The position numbers were made by a program, and so were the translations under genes. A DNA stretch of 64,000 bases from positions 256,001 through 320,000 of the forward strand of contig CAWJCS010000003.1 in assembly GCA_963841435.1 (NCBI GenBank), given 5' to 3'. Positions within the stretch are counted from its first letter, which is position 1; each line of letters opens with the position of its first letter. Below are positions 19,293 through 29,595 of this stretch, piece by piece. Source of the DNA: an uncultured delta proteobacterium. GTDB taxonomy: Bacteria > Myxococcota_A > Polyangia > Polyangiales > Polyangiaceae. The notes below the pieces were generated by a model, which searched no databases, was not told the DNA's origin, and worked only from the letters and a program-made list of their open reading frames with translations.

Positions 19293-20666
19293 ATGACGCG
19301 CTCTTGTTCGATTCCCCACCTTGTCTTTTGGTCCGCTCTAGCAGGGCTGTCGTTCGGATGTAGTTCATCCGATGGTCCCGGGCAGGGCACGGGCGGTACC
19401 GGTCAGGCGGCCACCGGAGGCACGTCCGGCTCGGCCACGGGCGGAGCCTCTGGGTTGACGAGCACCGGCGGAAGCTCCGGCACGACGGCGTCGGGCGGCA
19501 GCAGCATGAGCGGTTCGGGCGGAACTAACGCAGGCACCGGGGGCAGCGGTGGAACAGCCGCGGGCTCTGGCGGCATGGCGGGCTCGAGCGCCGGCGGCGC
19601 CTCAGCCGGCACGGCGGGCTCGAGTGCCGGCGGCGCCTCGGCCGGCATGGCGGGCTCGAGTGCCGGCGGCGCCTCGGCCGGCATGGCGGGCTCGAGTGCC
19701 GGCGGCGCCTCGGCCGGCATGGCGGGCTCGAGTGCCGGTGGTGCCTCAGCCGGCATGGCGGGTTCCGACGCGGGTAGCGCTGGGACGGCCACGGGCGGCA
19801 GCGCCGGCTCAGGCTCCTCGGGTATGTCCTCGGGCTGCGGCAAGATGCCGACCATTGCGAGCGGCATGTACAACAACGGCTCGACCATCTCGATCACAGC
19901 CGCGAACATCCAGCGCCGGTACATCCTCAACGTGCCGACGAACTACGACAACACCAAACCGTACAAGCTCATCATCGCGTTCCATCAGCTCGATGGAAAC
20001 GATGCGCAGATGTACGCGCACAAGTACTATCACCTGCTCGACCTGGCGAACAACAGCGCGATCTTCGTGGCCCCGAACGGGCAGAAGAACGGCTCGCCCT
20101 GTACTTCGACGGATCCCAACCGAGACAGCGGATGCGGCTGGCCGAACCCCCAGGGTCAGGACGTAGCGCTCGCCGACGCCGTCGTGGCCCAAATCGAAGA
20201 AAACTTCTGCGTCAACACGAATCGGATCTTCGCGACGGGTTGGAGCTACGGCGGCAGCATGTCCTACAAGACCGCTTGCGAACGCGGCCTCGGCGGGACG
20301 AAGGACGGCGTTCCAGGTTACCTCCGCGCCATCGCCGTCTATTCGGGCTCTCAGCTCAGCGGCAATTGCACTCCCACGACGCCCGTCGCCTACTTCGCCT
20401 CCCACGGAACCCACGATGGCGTGCTCAACTACAGTAACGGCGTGGGCCTGGCGCAGAACTTCGCCAAGGCCAACGGCTGCAACTGGATGACGCCGACAGC
20501 GGTCAATAGTGGCGCTCACGTCTGCACCGACGAGATGGGCTGCATGATGGACTACCCGGTGAGGTTCTGCTCCTTCAACGGTGATCACACCCCCGATCCG
20601 GACAATGGCCAGGGCGGCAACAGTTGGGTCTACCAAGAGGTCTGGGACTTCTTCAGCAAGTTCTGA
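19293..20666 (+). CDS. Feruloyl/acetyl esterase-like (PHB-depolymerase/LpqC family) lipoprotein
   Basis: GGAGG RBS, lipobox-like SFGC, 36-bp repeat linker, RRYILNVP, IFATGWSYGG, HGTHD, FNGDH. Confidence 0.85.
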   Translation: MTRSCSIPHLVFWSALAGLSFGCSSSDGPGQGTGGTGQAATGGTSGSATGGASGLTSTGGSSGTTASGGSSMSGSGGTNAGTGGSGGTAAGSGGMAGSSAGGASAGTAGSSAGGASAGMAGSSAGGASAGMAGSSAGGASAGMAGSSAGGASAGMAGSDAGSAGTATGGSAGSGSSGMSSGCGKMPTIASGMYNNGSTISITAANIQRRYILNVPTNYDNTKPYKLIIAFHQLDGNDAQMYAHKYYHLLDLANNSAIFVAPNGQKNGSPCTSTDPNRDSGCGWPNPQGQDVALADAVVAQIEENFCVNTNRIFATGWSYGGSMSYKTACERGLGGTKDGVPGYLRAIAVYSGSQLSGNCTPTTPVAYFASHGTHDGVLNYSNGVGLAQNFAKANGCNWMTPTAVNSGAHVCTDEMGCMMDYPVRFCSFNGDHTPDPDNGQGGNSWVYQEVWDFFSKF

Positions 20667-20734
20667 AACGTCCCAGGTCGACCGCTCCCGAGGCTTCGTC
20701 CCGCGCGCTGTTGATTTCGGGTGGCGGTCCCCGT

Positions 20735-21150
20735 TCACAACGTGGTTGCCTCGGCCAGCGATGCCGAGGAAAGCCGGGGAGCATGCGCGGGTCCTGGAAC
20801 AGATACGACACGGCGAAAAGCGGCGTCGCCGCGAGGCACGACAGCACGAGCGTCCGCTTCGCCGACGACGGAATCAGTACGGCGCGCGCCATCATCGTGA
20901 CGGCGAGCGCGAACATCCCCGCCATCAGCTGCATCTCGTCGGGCTGCGCCGCCATCGCGGCGAGAGCGCTGCCGGCGAGCACCAGACTTCCCGCATCGAG
21001 CACGCCGAGCAGACGACGACCGCGACGAGCGGCGACCAGTGCGTGCCAACCATGATAGCCAACAGCGTGGCAATCATCAGACCGATGAGCCCTTTCCAAT
21101 GCGTTGCCATATCGAACAGTGACGCAACGGACGTGCCAAGTCGCAGGGCG
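20735..21150 (-). pseudogene. Membrane N-terminal fragment of a Ser/Thr kinase-type protein
   Basis: MMARAVLIPSSAKRTLVLSCLAATP resembles LLAHAVHVPSTWRRTALLATAFAVP of the 45455-47105 kinase. No kinase domain follows. Confidence 0.5.
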
Positions 21151-21356
21151 GCCCAGGCGCCGCTCGCGGCGTGCACCGGTGCCAGGCTCGCGCGCGGGCT
21201 TGGATAGACGGAAGGACGTGCGCGCTCGGCGTCTTCTGAGAGCGGCGAAACGGCCGACCCGCGCTCAGCCCCACCGTGCGTAGGCGTCCCGAATCAGCGC
21301 GTCCGACTCGAATGGCGCCTTCGCATCCGTTGCTCGGCGCCGAAAGCGCACCTTAG

Positions 21357-22132
21357 CACTGCCCGCCGCGGCTCCTCCGCAAGAGCCCACCATCACTCCC
21401 GCCGCGTGCGGCGACGGCCGCATCGAAATGGCCGAAGAGTGCGACGACGGGAACATAGTCGGCGGCGACGGTTGCAGCATGCAGTGTCTCGTGGAGTGTG
21501 GACCGGAGTGCTATCCCGGCGTGACCCTCGTCGACCGCTGCGGCGACGGCTTCTTGCGCGTCGGGGTCGAGGCTTGTGACGACGGCAACACCATGGGCGG
21601 TGACGGCTGCTCCAGTGATTGCCACCTCGAGCCCGAGTGCAACGGCGCGTGCACGGCGCGCTGCGGCGACTTCGTCGTCGAGCCCGGGGCCGAAGAGTGC
21701 GACGACGGCAACCTCCGCCCCGGCGACGGCTGCTCGCCGGACTGCACGATCGAAGCCGGTTGGACTTGTCTCTCCGACGGCATGGAGGCGGCCAGCCACT
21801 GTGAGCCCTTGTGTGGCGACGCAATGGTCGCTCCGGGCGAGTCCTGCGATCCGGCGCCGGAGCCGGTGGATTACGGCCTCGGCGGCTGCACGGCGGTGTG
21901 CACGCTTTCGGCTTTCTGCGGCGACGGGATCGTCCAGTCGGCGTATGGCGAGGAATGTGATGCCGGCGTCGCCGGTAACCTCGGCGAATACGGCGGGGGC
22001 TGCACCGTCGATTGCCACTTCGGTCCACGCTGCGGCGACGGGCGCATCAACGTCATGTTCGGCGAACAGTGCGACCCCGGTGCCTGCAGTGCGCACGATT
22101 GCAGCACTGACTGCGCGCTCTTGGTGAAGTGA
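21357..22132 (+). pseudogene. DUF4215 myxococcal Cys-rich repeat protein, probably 5'-truncated
   Basis: Six CGDG/F....E.CD...C repeats; an in-frame TAG at 21354 precedes them; no signal peptide. Confidence 0.7.
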
Positions 22133-22253
22133 GGCGGGCTCGGGCGCCGCGCGCTCACGCTCTCGGTTCGTACACGTCTCGAATCGACGCGTCCTTCTCG
22201 AACTGCGCCTTGGCGTACGGGCACGTCGCGCAGCGCCCTCAGCGCCATTTTGA

Positions 22254-22368
22254 CACCACATCACGAATTCCAGGCTCACAAAAAACCGGGTCTCCCTGCC
22301 CTCCACCTCGTGCACACTCTCCCGCTCCCTTCCCTCCCTTATCCCAGTTGCTTTCCTTGGCCGCCGAC
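22254..22368 (+). repeat. Dispersed ~115-bp element, copy D
   Basis: CACCACATCACGAATTCCAGGCTCACAAAAAACCGGG...CCCGCTCCCTTCCCTCCCTTATCCCAGTTGCTTTCCTTGGCCGCCGAC. Confidence 0.92.
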
Positions 22369-22400
22369 GCGTATCGAGCGATTGTCGTTTGCGAGCAGGA

Positions 22401-23185
22401 CTAAGCGTCCGAGGCGAAGCCGGCAATCGGGAACGGCGGGCCCGGCTTGGCGAAGAGGTAGCCCTGCATGATGTCACAGCCCGTTCGGGCGAGAGCATCG
22501 CGTTCCCCAGGCGTTTCGATGCCTTCCCCGGTGACGATCAGGCCAAGCTCGTTCGACATCTGGACCATCGTGCGAACCAGGGTGAATTTGGTGGGCTCGC
22601 GATCGAGGCCGCGGATGAGCGCCATGTCGAGCTTGACCACGTCGGGCTCCAGCAGCGCGAAGCTGGTGAGCCCCGCGTAGCCCGCACCGAGGTCGTCAAC
22701 GGCGATCCGGAAACCGAGCTTACGTAGGGCCGCGACCCGGGATCGCACGTCCTTGATGGCGTCCAGCGTCAGGCGCTCCGTGATCTCGAGCACGATGCGG
22801 GGGGCAAGACGCGTCAGCGGAGCACTTTCGTCGAAGAGCTCCTCGTCGAGCAAGTCGCGGGGATGGAGATTGAGAAACAGCACGGCCTCTTGGGGGATCC
22901 GAGCCAGCGGCTCGATGGCTCGCGCCCGGATTTTCCGTCCGAGCTCGTGCACCCGGCCGAGACGCTCGGCGGCCTCGAGCATGGCCCCCGGGTGAGGCAG
23001 CGCGGGCTCGTTGCTGCGCAGAAGGGCCTCGTAGCCCCTAGCAGGTACTCGAGCGCCGCCTTCGCGTCTGGTGCCGTCTGGACGTCGTAGCCGGCTCTCG
23101 TCAGGGCGCGTGCCTCGATCTGGAGCAACGCGTCGTCGTCGTCGACGACGAGCGCGCGCATACCCTTGTGTTGGTCGATGATCAT
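22401..23185 (-). pseudogene. REC-EAL c-di-GMP phosphodiesterase with internal deletion
   Basis: The REC start (ALVVDDDD...AKAALEYLL) joins out of frame at ~23040 to GYEALLR, LEITER, IAVDDLGAGYAGL, VKLDM, GEGIET, MQGYLF. Confidence 0.85.
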
Positions 23186-25179
23186 GCACCCTCAGCTAAC
23201 GTGGGTGGCGGCCTGCTCGGGAAGGTCTTGTCATCGAGCACTTCCCGGACTTTTCTGCTGAGGAGCGCCGGTGTCACGGGCTTCTGGATGAAGGCCACGC
23301 CCGTATCGAGCACGCCGTGGCGCACGATGCTGTCGTCCGTGTACCCGGACATGCAGAGGACCTTCATCTCGGGGCGTATTCGGGCCAGGCGCCGCGCCAG
23401 CTCCGGCCCGCTCATCTGCGGCATGACCACGTCGGTGAGCAAGAGATCGATCCGCTCCTCGCGCGACTCGCAGAGGAGCAACGCTTCGCCGGCGTTTTGG
23501 GCGGGGATGACGCTGTATCCCTGGCGCCGCAAGAAGCTTTGGACGATCGCACGCACCTGCTCTTCGTCCTCGACGAGCAGGATGGTTTCCGTCCCCCTGA
23601 GCGTCTTCGGCTCCACTTGCTCCCTCGGCGCGTCGAGCGCGGCGTCCACCCGGGGCAGGTAGACCTTGAAGGCGGTACCCCGACCGATCTCGCTGTACAC
23701 CCAAATGCTCCCGCCACTCTGCTGGACTATGCCAAACACGGTCGAGAGACCGAGGCCGGTCCCCTTCCCGAGCTCCTTCGTCGTGAAGAACGGCTCGAAA
23801 ATTTGGGTCTGGGTCGCGCGGTCCATGCCCGTGCCCGTGTCCGTCACCGAGAGCATCACGTGGGGGCCCGCCTTGGCCGGCAGATGAGCGAGCGCGTACG
23901 CCTCGTCGAGCTCGACATTCGTCGTTTCGATCGTCAGCTTGCCACCCTTGGGCATCGCGTCGCGGGCATTGACGACCAGATTCAGGATGACCTGTTCGAT
24001 GTGGGTCGGATCGACTTTGACGCGCCCCGGAGCCTTCGGGGAAAGGATCACGAGGTCGATGTCCTCCCCCACCATGCGCCCGATCATCTTGTTCAACCCG
24101 GCGAGCACCTCGTCGAGGGCGACGACCCTCGGCTCGGCAACCTGCTGGCGGCTGAACAGCAAGAGCTGTCGGGTGAGTCCTGCGGCGCGATGCGCCGCGG
24201 CACGAATTTCCTCGATGTCGCCCCGCATGGGGTCCGCCGGCTTCAGGTCCTCCAGCAGCACTTCGCCGTAGCTCAGGATGACCGAGAGAACGTTGTTGAA
24301 GTCGTGCGCAACGCCACCGGCGAGCCGCCCAACCGCTTCCATCTTCTGCGCCTGCCTGAGCTGTTCCTCGCTCTTGCGCAGGGCGCTCTCCGCCTCGGCG
24401 CGCCCCCGCTCGGCTAGCTTGCGCTCGGTGAGATCGGCAATGATGGCGATGCATTTCGGGTAGTCGAGCATCGCCACGCCCACCACCACCGGCACGCGGC
24501 TCCCGTCCTTGCGAAACGTCTCGGTCTCCCAGGGACGCGCGACCCCCGAAGCCTGGAGCTGCTCCGCGGCGCGCTCGGCGAGCGGTCTAAGCTCGGGCGG
24601 CGTGAGGTCCGCCCAACGGACGGCGCCGCCCACGAGCTCCTCCCGCGAGTAGCCGATGAGGCTCAGGTAGGCGTCGTTGGCCTCGAAAATGGTGCCGTTC
24701 ACGTCGACGATCACGATGCCGATGATGCCCGACTCGGCGAGACGGCGGAAGCGCCCCTCGCTTTCCCTGAGCGCGTTCTCGACACGACGGCGTGCGAGTC
24801 GTTCCCTGTGGTCGGCGAGCTCGCGTTCGACCGCGGGTGTGAGCCTTCCGAGGCGGTCCTTGAGCACGTAGTCCTGCGCTCCCGCGCGCATTGCCTCCAC
24901 CGCCGTATCCTCCCCGATCGTTCCCGACACGATGATGAAAGGCAGGTCTCGATCCACCTCCCTCAAGAGCGCGAGCGCGTCGAGCGCGCTGAATTTCGGC
25001 AGCGACCAGTCCGAGATGACGATCTCCCAGGTATTGTCGGCGAGCGCCCTTCGCATGGCTTCCGCCGTTTCCACGCGCTCGAAGTCGACCTTCCGCCCCC
25101 CGCGGCGGAGCTCGGCGACGACCAGCTTCGCGTCGGTCGGGGAGTCCTCGACCAGCAAGACGCGCAGGCGAACGGTCAT
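23182..25179 (-). CDS. Hybrid sensor kinase (REC-PAS-HisKA-HATPase-REC)
   Basis: VLLVEDS, PAS, QAQKMEAVGRLAGGVAHDFNN, NARDAM, DTGTGM, EPFFTTK, GTGLGL, C-terminal REC. ATGA-coupled start at 25179. Confidence 0.95.
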   Translation of the reverse strand: MTVRLRVLLVEDSPTDAKLVVAELRRGGRKVDFERVETAEAMRRALADNTWEIVISDWSLPKFSALDALALLREVDRDLPFIIVSGTIGEDTAVEAMRAGAQDYVLKDRLGRLTPAVERELADHRERLARRRVENALRESEGRFRRLAESGIIGIVIVDVNGTIFEANDAYLSLIGYSREELVGGAVRWADLTPPELRPLAERAAEQLQASGVARPWETETFRKDGSRVPVVVGVAMLDYPKCIAIIADLTERKLAERGRAEAESALRKSEEQLRQAQKMEAVGRLAGGVAHDFNNVLSVILSYGEVLLEDLKPADPMRGDIEEIRAAAHRAAGLTRQLLLFSRQQVAEPRVVALDEVLAGLNKMIGRMVGEDIDLVILSPKAPGRVKVDPTHIEQVILNLVVNARDAMPKGGKLTIETTNVELDEAYALAHLPAKAGPHVMLSVTDTGTGMDRATQTQIFEPFFTTKELGKGTGLGLSTVFGIVQQSGGSIWVYSEIGRGTAFKVYLPRVDAALDAPREQVEPKTLRGTETILLVEDEEQVRAIVQSFLRRQGYSVIPAQNAGEALLLCESREERIDLLLTDVVMPQMSGPELARRLARIRPEMKVLCMSGYTDDSIVRHGVLDTGVAFIQKPVTPALLSRKVREVLDDKTFPSRPPPTLAEGA

Positions 25180-25625
25180 CGCGTTTCGCGCAGCGCCGAC
25201 GCCGGCGCCGGCTCGTTCAAGAGCAGCCAAAAGAAGCCGAGCGCCTGAGCTGCCTGGGCGAACGCAGCAAAATCGACCGGCTTTCGCACGTACCCGTTGG
25301 CCCCGCTCGCGTAGCTCTCGAGCACGTCCTCTTCCTCCTTGGACGATGTGAGGACGACGACCGGAAGTAACTTGGTGTGCTGATGGGCGCGGATCCGACG
25401 CAGCACCTCCAGCCCGTCGATTTTCGGCAGCTTCAGGTCGAGTAGGACGAGCGCCGGCAAGCTCGGAACGTCCTTGGCTTGGTCCCTCGGTAGAAGCCGC
25501 TCAAGCGCCGCAGCCCCGTCCCGTGCGACCACGATTTCGTTTGCCACGCCGCAGTTTTTGAAAGCGAGGAGCGTGAGCTTCTCGTCACTCGGGTTGTCTT
25601 CGACCAGCAAGATCACCTTGTTCAT
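25176..25625 (-). CDS. Single-domain response regulator (Rcp1-like)
   Basis: [44 protein letters not shown]. Confidence 0.93.
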   Translation of the reverse strand: MNKVILLVEDNPSDEKLTLLAFKNCGVANEIVVARDGAAALERLLPRDQAKDVPSLPALVLLDLKLPKIDGLEVLRRIRAHQHTKLLPVVVLTSSKEEEDVLESYASGANGYVRKPVDFAAFAQAAQALGFFWLLLNEPAPASALRETR

Positions 25626-27514
25626 GTGGGGTCCTCCTCGGCGCGTGCCGGCAACGTGAAGTAGAACGTTGCACCCGCGCCGACCGCGCCCTCCGCTCGA
25701 ACCTGGCCACCGTGACGGCGCACGATGCGTTGTACCGTGGCCAGTCCGATACCCGTGCCGGGGAATTCGGCTGCCGAATGCAGCCGCTGAAATGGTGAAA
25801 AGAGCTTCTTGGCGTAGGCCATGTCGAAGCCTGCGCCGTCGTCCCGCACGAAAAACCAGCGTGCCCCGAGCTCGTGCGTCGAGCCGACGTCGATGCGGCT
25901 CGAATCCTGCCCGGCCGTGAACTTCCAGGCATTGCCCAGCAGGTTGTCGAGCAGCGCGAGCAGGAGTCGCGGATCGGCATCGACGGTCAGGTCCGGCTCC
26001 ACGCGAACCGCCACCTGGCGCGCGGGCTCCGCGGCGCCGAGGCGCGCCGCCACGTCACGGGCGAGAGCCGAGAGATCGACGGGCTCACGGCGGAGCTCAC
26101 TGCGTGTCACGCGAGCGAGGGCGAGTAGCGCATCGATGAGCTCTCCCATCTTGTTCGCGTTGAGCAGGATCTCCTGCAGATAGTCGCGCCCCTCGGCGTC
26201 CAGCCTTTCTCGGTAGGTGTCGAGCAATACCTGGGCAAAACCGTTCATGCCACGCAGCGGCGCTCGGAGGTCGTGTGCGACCGAGTAGCTGAACGCCTCG
26301 AGCTCGCGGCTGGCGGCTTCCGCCAGATCCTTGGCGTGGGTGACGGCTGCTTCCGCGCGCCGGCGCGCGGTGATGTCACGCGCCACCTTGGCCGCGCCCA
26401 CGACGTTGCCACGGGAATCGCGCACGGGAGAGCTCGTCACGGAGACGTCGACCTTGCCCCCGTCCTTTTTCACCCGTACGGTATCGAGCTGCTCGATGCG
26501 CTCACCTCGCGACAGTCGGTCGAGGATGTCCGTTTCTTCGGCGCGGCGATCCGGCGGGACGAGGAGCGAGATCGATTTGCCGACCACTTCCTCCGCCGCG
26601 TAGCCGAACAGACGCTGGGCACCGGCGTTCCAACTGGTGATCGTGCCATCGAGTTGCTTGCCGATGATGGCGTCGCTCGACGACTCCACGATCGCCGCGA
26701 GGCGTGCGCGCTGTTCCTCGCTTTTCCGCCGCTCCGTCACGTCGCGGATGCTGCTCGAGACGAGGACACCGCCCGGCGTCTCGAGCGGACTCAAGCTGAT
26801 CTCCACCGGGAACTCGCTGCCGTCCTTGCGCAGGCCGAAGAGCTCGAGCTCGGTGCCCATCCCGCGCGCGCGCGGGTGGGCGAAGAAGCCCGCGCGGTGC
26901 TCGGGGTGGTGCCCCCGGAACCTCGTCGGGACGAGCACCTCGACCGCGTGCCCCAAAAGCTCCGAGCGAGCGTAGCCAAAAAGGAGCTCGGCCCGGCCGT
27001 TGACGAGCACGATCTTCCCGTCTGCATCGATGATGACGACGGCATCGGGCGCCGCTTCGAGCAGGCCCCGAAACATGGCTTCCGAGCGGACGTCGCGCAG
27101 CCGGGCGACCTCCTCCGCCGCCCGCCGGTTCTCGCTCAGATCGACGACGAACGCGAGCACATCCCCCTGGGTCCCCGCCACGAGCGCTGAGCCAACCAGC
27201 ACCGGAACGCGGGCTCCGCTCTTGTGCAGGTACTCCTTCTCGCGCGGCGCGATCACGCCCTTGGCGCGCAGCTCTCGGTCGGCTCGATCGTCGGCATCAC
27301 GCCACTCGGGCGGCGTGAGCGAGTGCCAGTCGACGCGGCCAGAAAGGACCTCGTCCCGATCGTAGCCGAGGGTCTCGAGCAGGGCGTCGTTGATCTCGAC
27401 GATGCGACCTTCGAGCGTTCCCACCGTGACGCCGATGACGCCGGTCGTGTATAGAGCCGCATGCCGCGCTCGGCTACGCGCCCGTGAGTCCGCAGTCGAT
27501 TTCCCGTCTCTCAA
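25622..27514 (-). CDS. Multi-PAS sensor histidine kinase
   Basis: Three PAS/PAC domains; [44 protein letters not shown]. Confidence 0.93.
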   Translation of the reverse strand: MRDGKSTADSRARSRARHAALYTTGVIGVTVGTLEGRIVEINDALLETLGYDRDEVLSGRVDWHSLTPPEWRDADDRADRELRAKGVIAPREKEYLHKSGARVPVLVGSALVAGTQGDVLAFVVDLSENRRAAEEVARLRDVRSEAMFRGLLEAAPDAVVIIDADGKIVLVNGRAELLFGYARSELLGHAVEVLVPTRFRGHHPEHRAGFFAHPRARGMGTELELFGLRKDGSEFPVEISLSPLETPGGVLVSSSIRDVTERRKSEEQRARLAAIVESSSDAIIGKQLDGTITSWNAGAQRLFGYAAEEVVGKSISLLVPPDRRAEETDILDRLSRGERIEQLDTVRVKKDGGKVDVSVTSSPVRDSRGNVVGAAKVARDITARRRAEAAVTHAKDLAEAASRELEAFSYSVAHDLRAPLRGMNGFAQVLLDTYRERLDAEGRDYLQEILLNANKMGELIDALLALARVTRSELRREPVDLSALARDVAARLGAAEPARQVAVRVEPDLTVDADPRLLLALLDNLLGNAWKFTAGQDSSRIDVGSTHELGARWFFVRDDGAGFDMAYAKKLFSPFQRLHSAAEFPGTGIGLATVQRIVRRHGGQVRAEGAVGAGATFYFTLPARAEEDPT

Positions 27515-27719
27515 GGACCCTCCTCGTGAAGTCCTGCTCTGGCGCCGGCCCGCGTAGTGTCGTTTCCGGGCACACCTGGATCATGGATTACCACAGATGA
27601 GGGTGCCAGGCGGGCTTTGCAAGTCGTGAAGAATAGGCACGTATCAGCCATCTACGACCGTCGCGCGCGTGGCGGACCACCCCACACGGGCCAGGCACCA
27701 CTGCCACCCGGCGAGTGGC

Positions 27720-28140
27720 TCAGGCTTGGCCGACATGCCGACGTCGGCGGCCACGATCTCGGCGATCGCCTCGACGCCGGCGGACTCGTCGTCCAGGACG
27801 CGATGCAGCGCCGCACAGGACGAGGGCATGCTCGGCAGACCCGCCATGCCCCGATGAAACGGCGCATCTCCGCGGAGCTCAGCCGCGCGCGCAGATCGAG
27901 AGCGCGAGCGAGCGTCGTGATCAGCGACTCCGAATCGCAGGGCTTGGCGCAAAGCGCTCGGCTGCAGCTCGCGCACGCGCTGCAACAGCTCGGCCCCGTC
28001 CATTCCGGGCATGCGCATTTCCGAAACGACCGCGTCGAACTGCTCGCGCTCGAGCTCGGCGAGGGCCGCGGGTCCACCTCGGCGAATGCCATGTCCCAGA
28101 TCACGCTACAGGCGAGCACGGCGACGATCTCGGTGGTACG
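27720..28140 (-). pseudogene. Decayed REC-HDOD regulator
   Basis: Pieces MRMPGMDGAELLQRVREL, ARALDLRARLSSAEMRRFIG and LPSMPS...IAEIVAADVGMSAK occur in shifting frames. Confidence 0.7.
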
Positions 28141-28351
28141 ACGAGCGACAGCGGAGCGGCGGCGCTCGCGGTCGACGACGGCGCCGAGCTCGGAGCTTGC
28201 GGTGCATCCGTCGGGACCGCGGGCAACCCCGTTGGCAGCGCCGACGCGGCGGGCGAGTGCGACGGCGCGACCGAAATCGAGTCGCCGTCCGTTTGTTCAG
28301 CGGACCCGGAGGAGCCTTCGCCATCGCGCGGCTGACGAGCAACGCGACGTT

Positions 28352-28461
28352 CACCACATCACGAATTCCAGGCTCACAAAAACCGGGCCTCCCGCCCTCC
28401 ACCTCGTGCACACTCTCCCGCTCCCTTCCCTCCCTTATCCCAGTTGCTTTCCTTGGCCGCC
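28352..28461 (+). repeat. Dispersed ~110-bp element, copy E
   Basis: Near-identical to copy D. Confidence 0.92.
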
Positions 28462-28469
28462 ACCTCGAC

Positions 28470-28830
28470 GCTCACCATCGCGTATTCGCGCGGCGGCGCT
28501 CGACAGACGCTCCTCTGCCGCATCGCGCATCGTCCCCGCAACCGACGACGACCGGCCCGTTGTCGACCGAAAAGCACCACCGGTCCTCGTGTACCGGGTA
28601 AGCGAGCAGAGCGCGGCCACACGCGCCGCCTTCGCCGCCGCAGGTCGTGGCACCTGCCGCCGGCGCGCCCGCGGCGCCGACACCACCATGCCCGCCGACC
28701 GATGCACCAGCGGATCCCGAAGTCCCCCAGGCGCCCGAACGCCCTGCTGAGCTCGTTCCCCCGGCACCGGTCCCTCCTGCCCCACCGCGGCCACCCTGGA
28801 CCCCACGCCCGCTGCTCTCATCGTCGCATC
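28470..28830 (-). pseudogene. Gly-rich lipoprotein-like fragment
   Basis: Hand translation CDDESSGRGVQGGRGGAGGTGAGG...CGGEGGACGRALLAYPVHEDRWCFSVD; no signal peptide. Confidence 0.4.
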
Positions 28831-28943
28831 TGCTTCGCTATTTTGGCGTCCTCTCGAGCCACTCGCGCTTGAAAAAAGAGGTCGTCCCGCGCCCGCTGCC
28901 CGAGCCGAGCGCTACCGCGCCGCCACCAGCGCCTGGGGATTAG

Positions 28944-29155
28944 CTCGAGCTCGAGCTCGACGCCGAGAGCAACGAGCCGACGGGGCGCAAGCGCTGGGCT
29001 TGGCTGCTCAGGCATGTCTTTGCCGCTGACCTCGACACTTGCCCCCGCTGCTCGGGACCGATGCGCTGGTTGCAGGCCGCGACCACCCCGGAAGATGCAC
29101 GCCACCTGCTCGCGCGGCTCGGCCTCGCGCCTCGCCCTCCGCCGACTCCGCCAAC
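28944..29155 (+). mobile_element. IS91/ISCR-family transposase C-terminal fragment
   Basis: RKRWAWLLRHVFAADLDTCPRCSGPMRWLQAATTPEDARHLLARLGLAPRPPP, the typical Zn-ribbon tail. Confidence 0.85.
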
Positions 29156-29507
29156 CACGGGCGCCCTCGCGAAGCAGCTCGTGCTGAAGCCGGCGCAATG
29201 CCCGGGTGTCCTCGAATCTACGAACCGCGGCCGTCTCGAAATCGAAGCGCACCAGCGGATCGCGCTGAAGGAGCAAAACCCCATCGCGCACGACCTCGGC
29301 GGCCAGCACCGGCGGCGCCGCCCGCAGATCGACCACATCGACCGTTCGCCGAAAGGAGGTCGCGCGACCTAGGCGCTCGATCAACCGGCTCCGTTCCTCG
29401 ATGTCAAGCTCGTGCGTTGCCAGAATCGCCACGTCCACATCCGACTCGCCCGAATCGTCCCCTCTCCCCACCGAGCCGAAAACGTAAGCGAGCAACACGT
29501 CCTCGTG
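29154..29507 (-). pseudogene. mntA: 5'-truncated duplicate of mntA (copy of 11556-11909)
   Basis: Near-identical DNA; no hepT partner follows. Confidence 0.92.
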
Positions 29508-29595
29508 CCCACGAAACCCTCGATGCGCTCCGCTCGGCTCCCCAGTCGCTTCCGGAGCTCGTCGGATGCTTCGCTCGGGTGCGTGAACGCGGCGA

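Noticed and set aside
2893-28461. Dispersed element as integron attC sites
   Set aside because: No RYYYAAC/GTTRRRY ends, not palindromic, no integron integrase.
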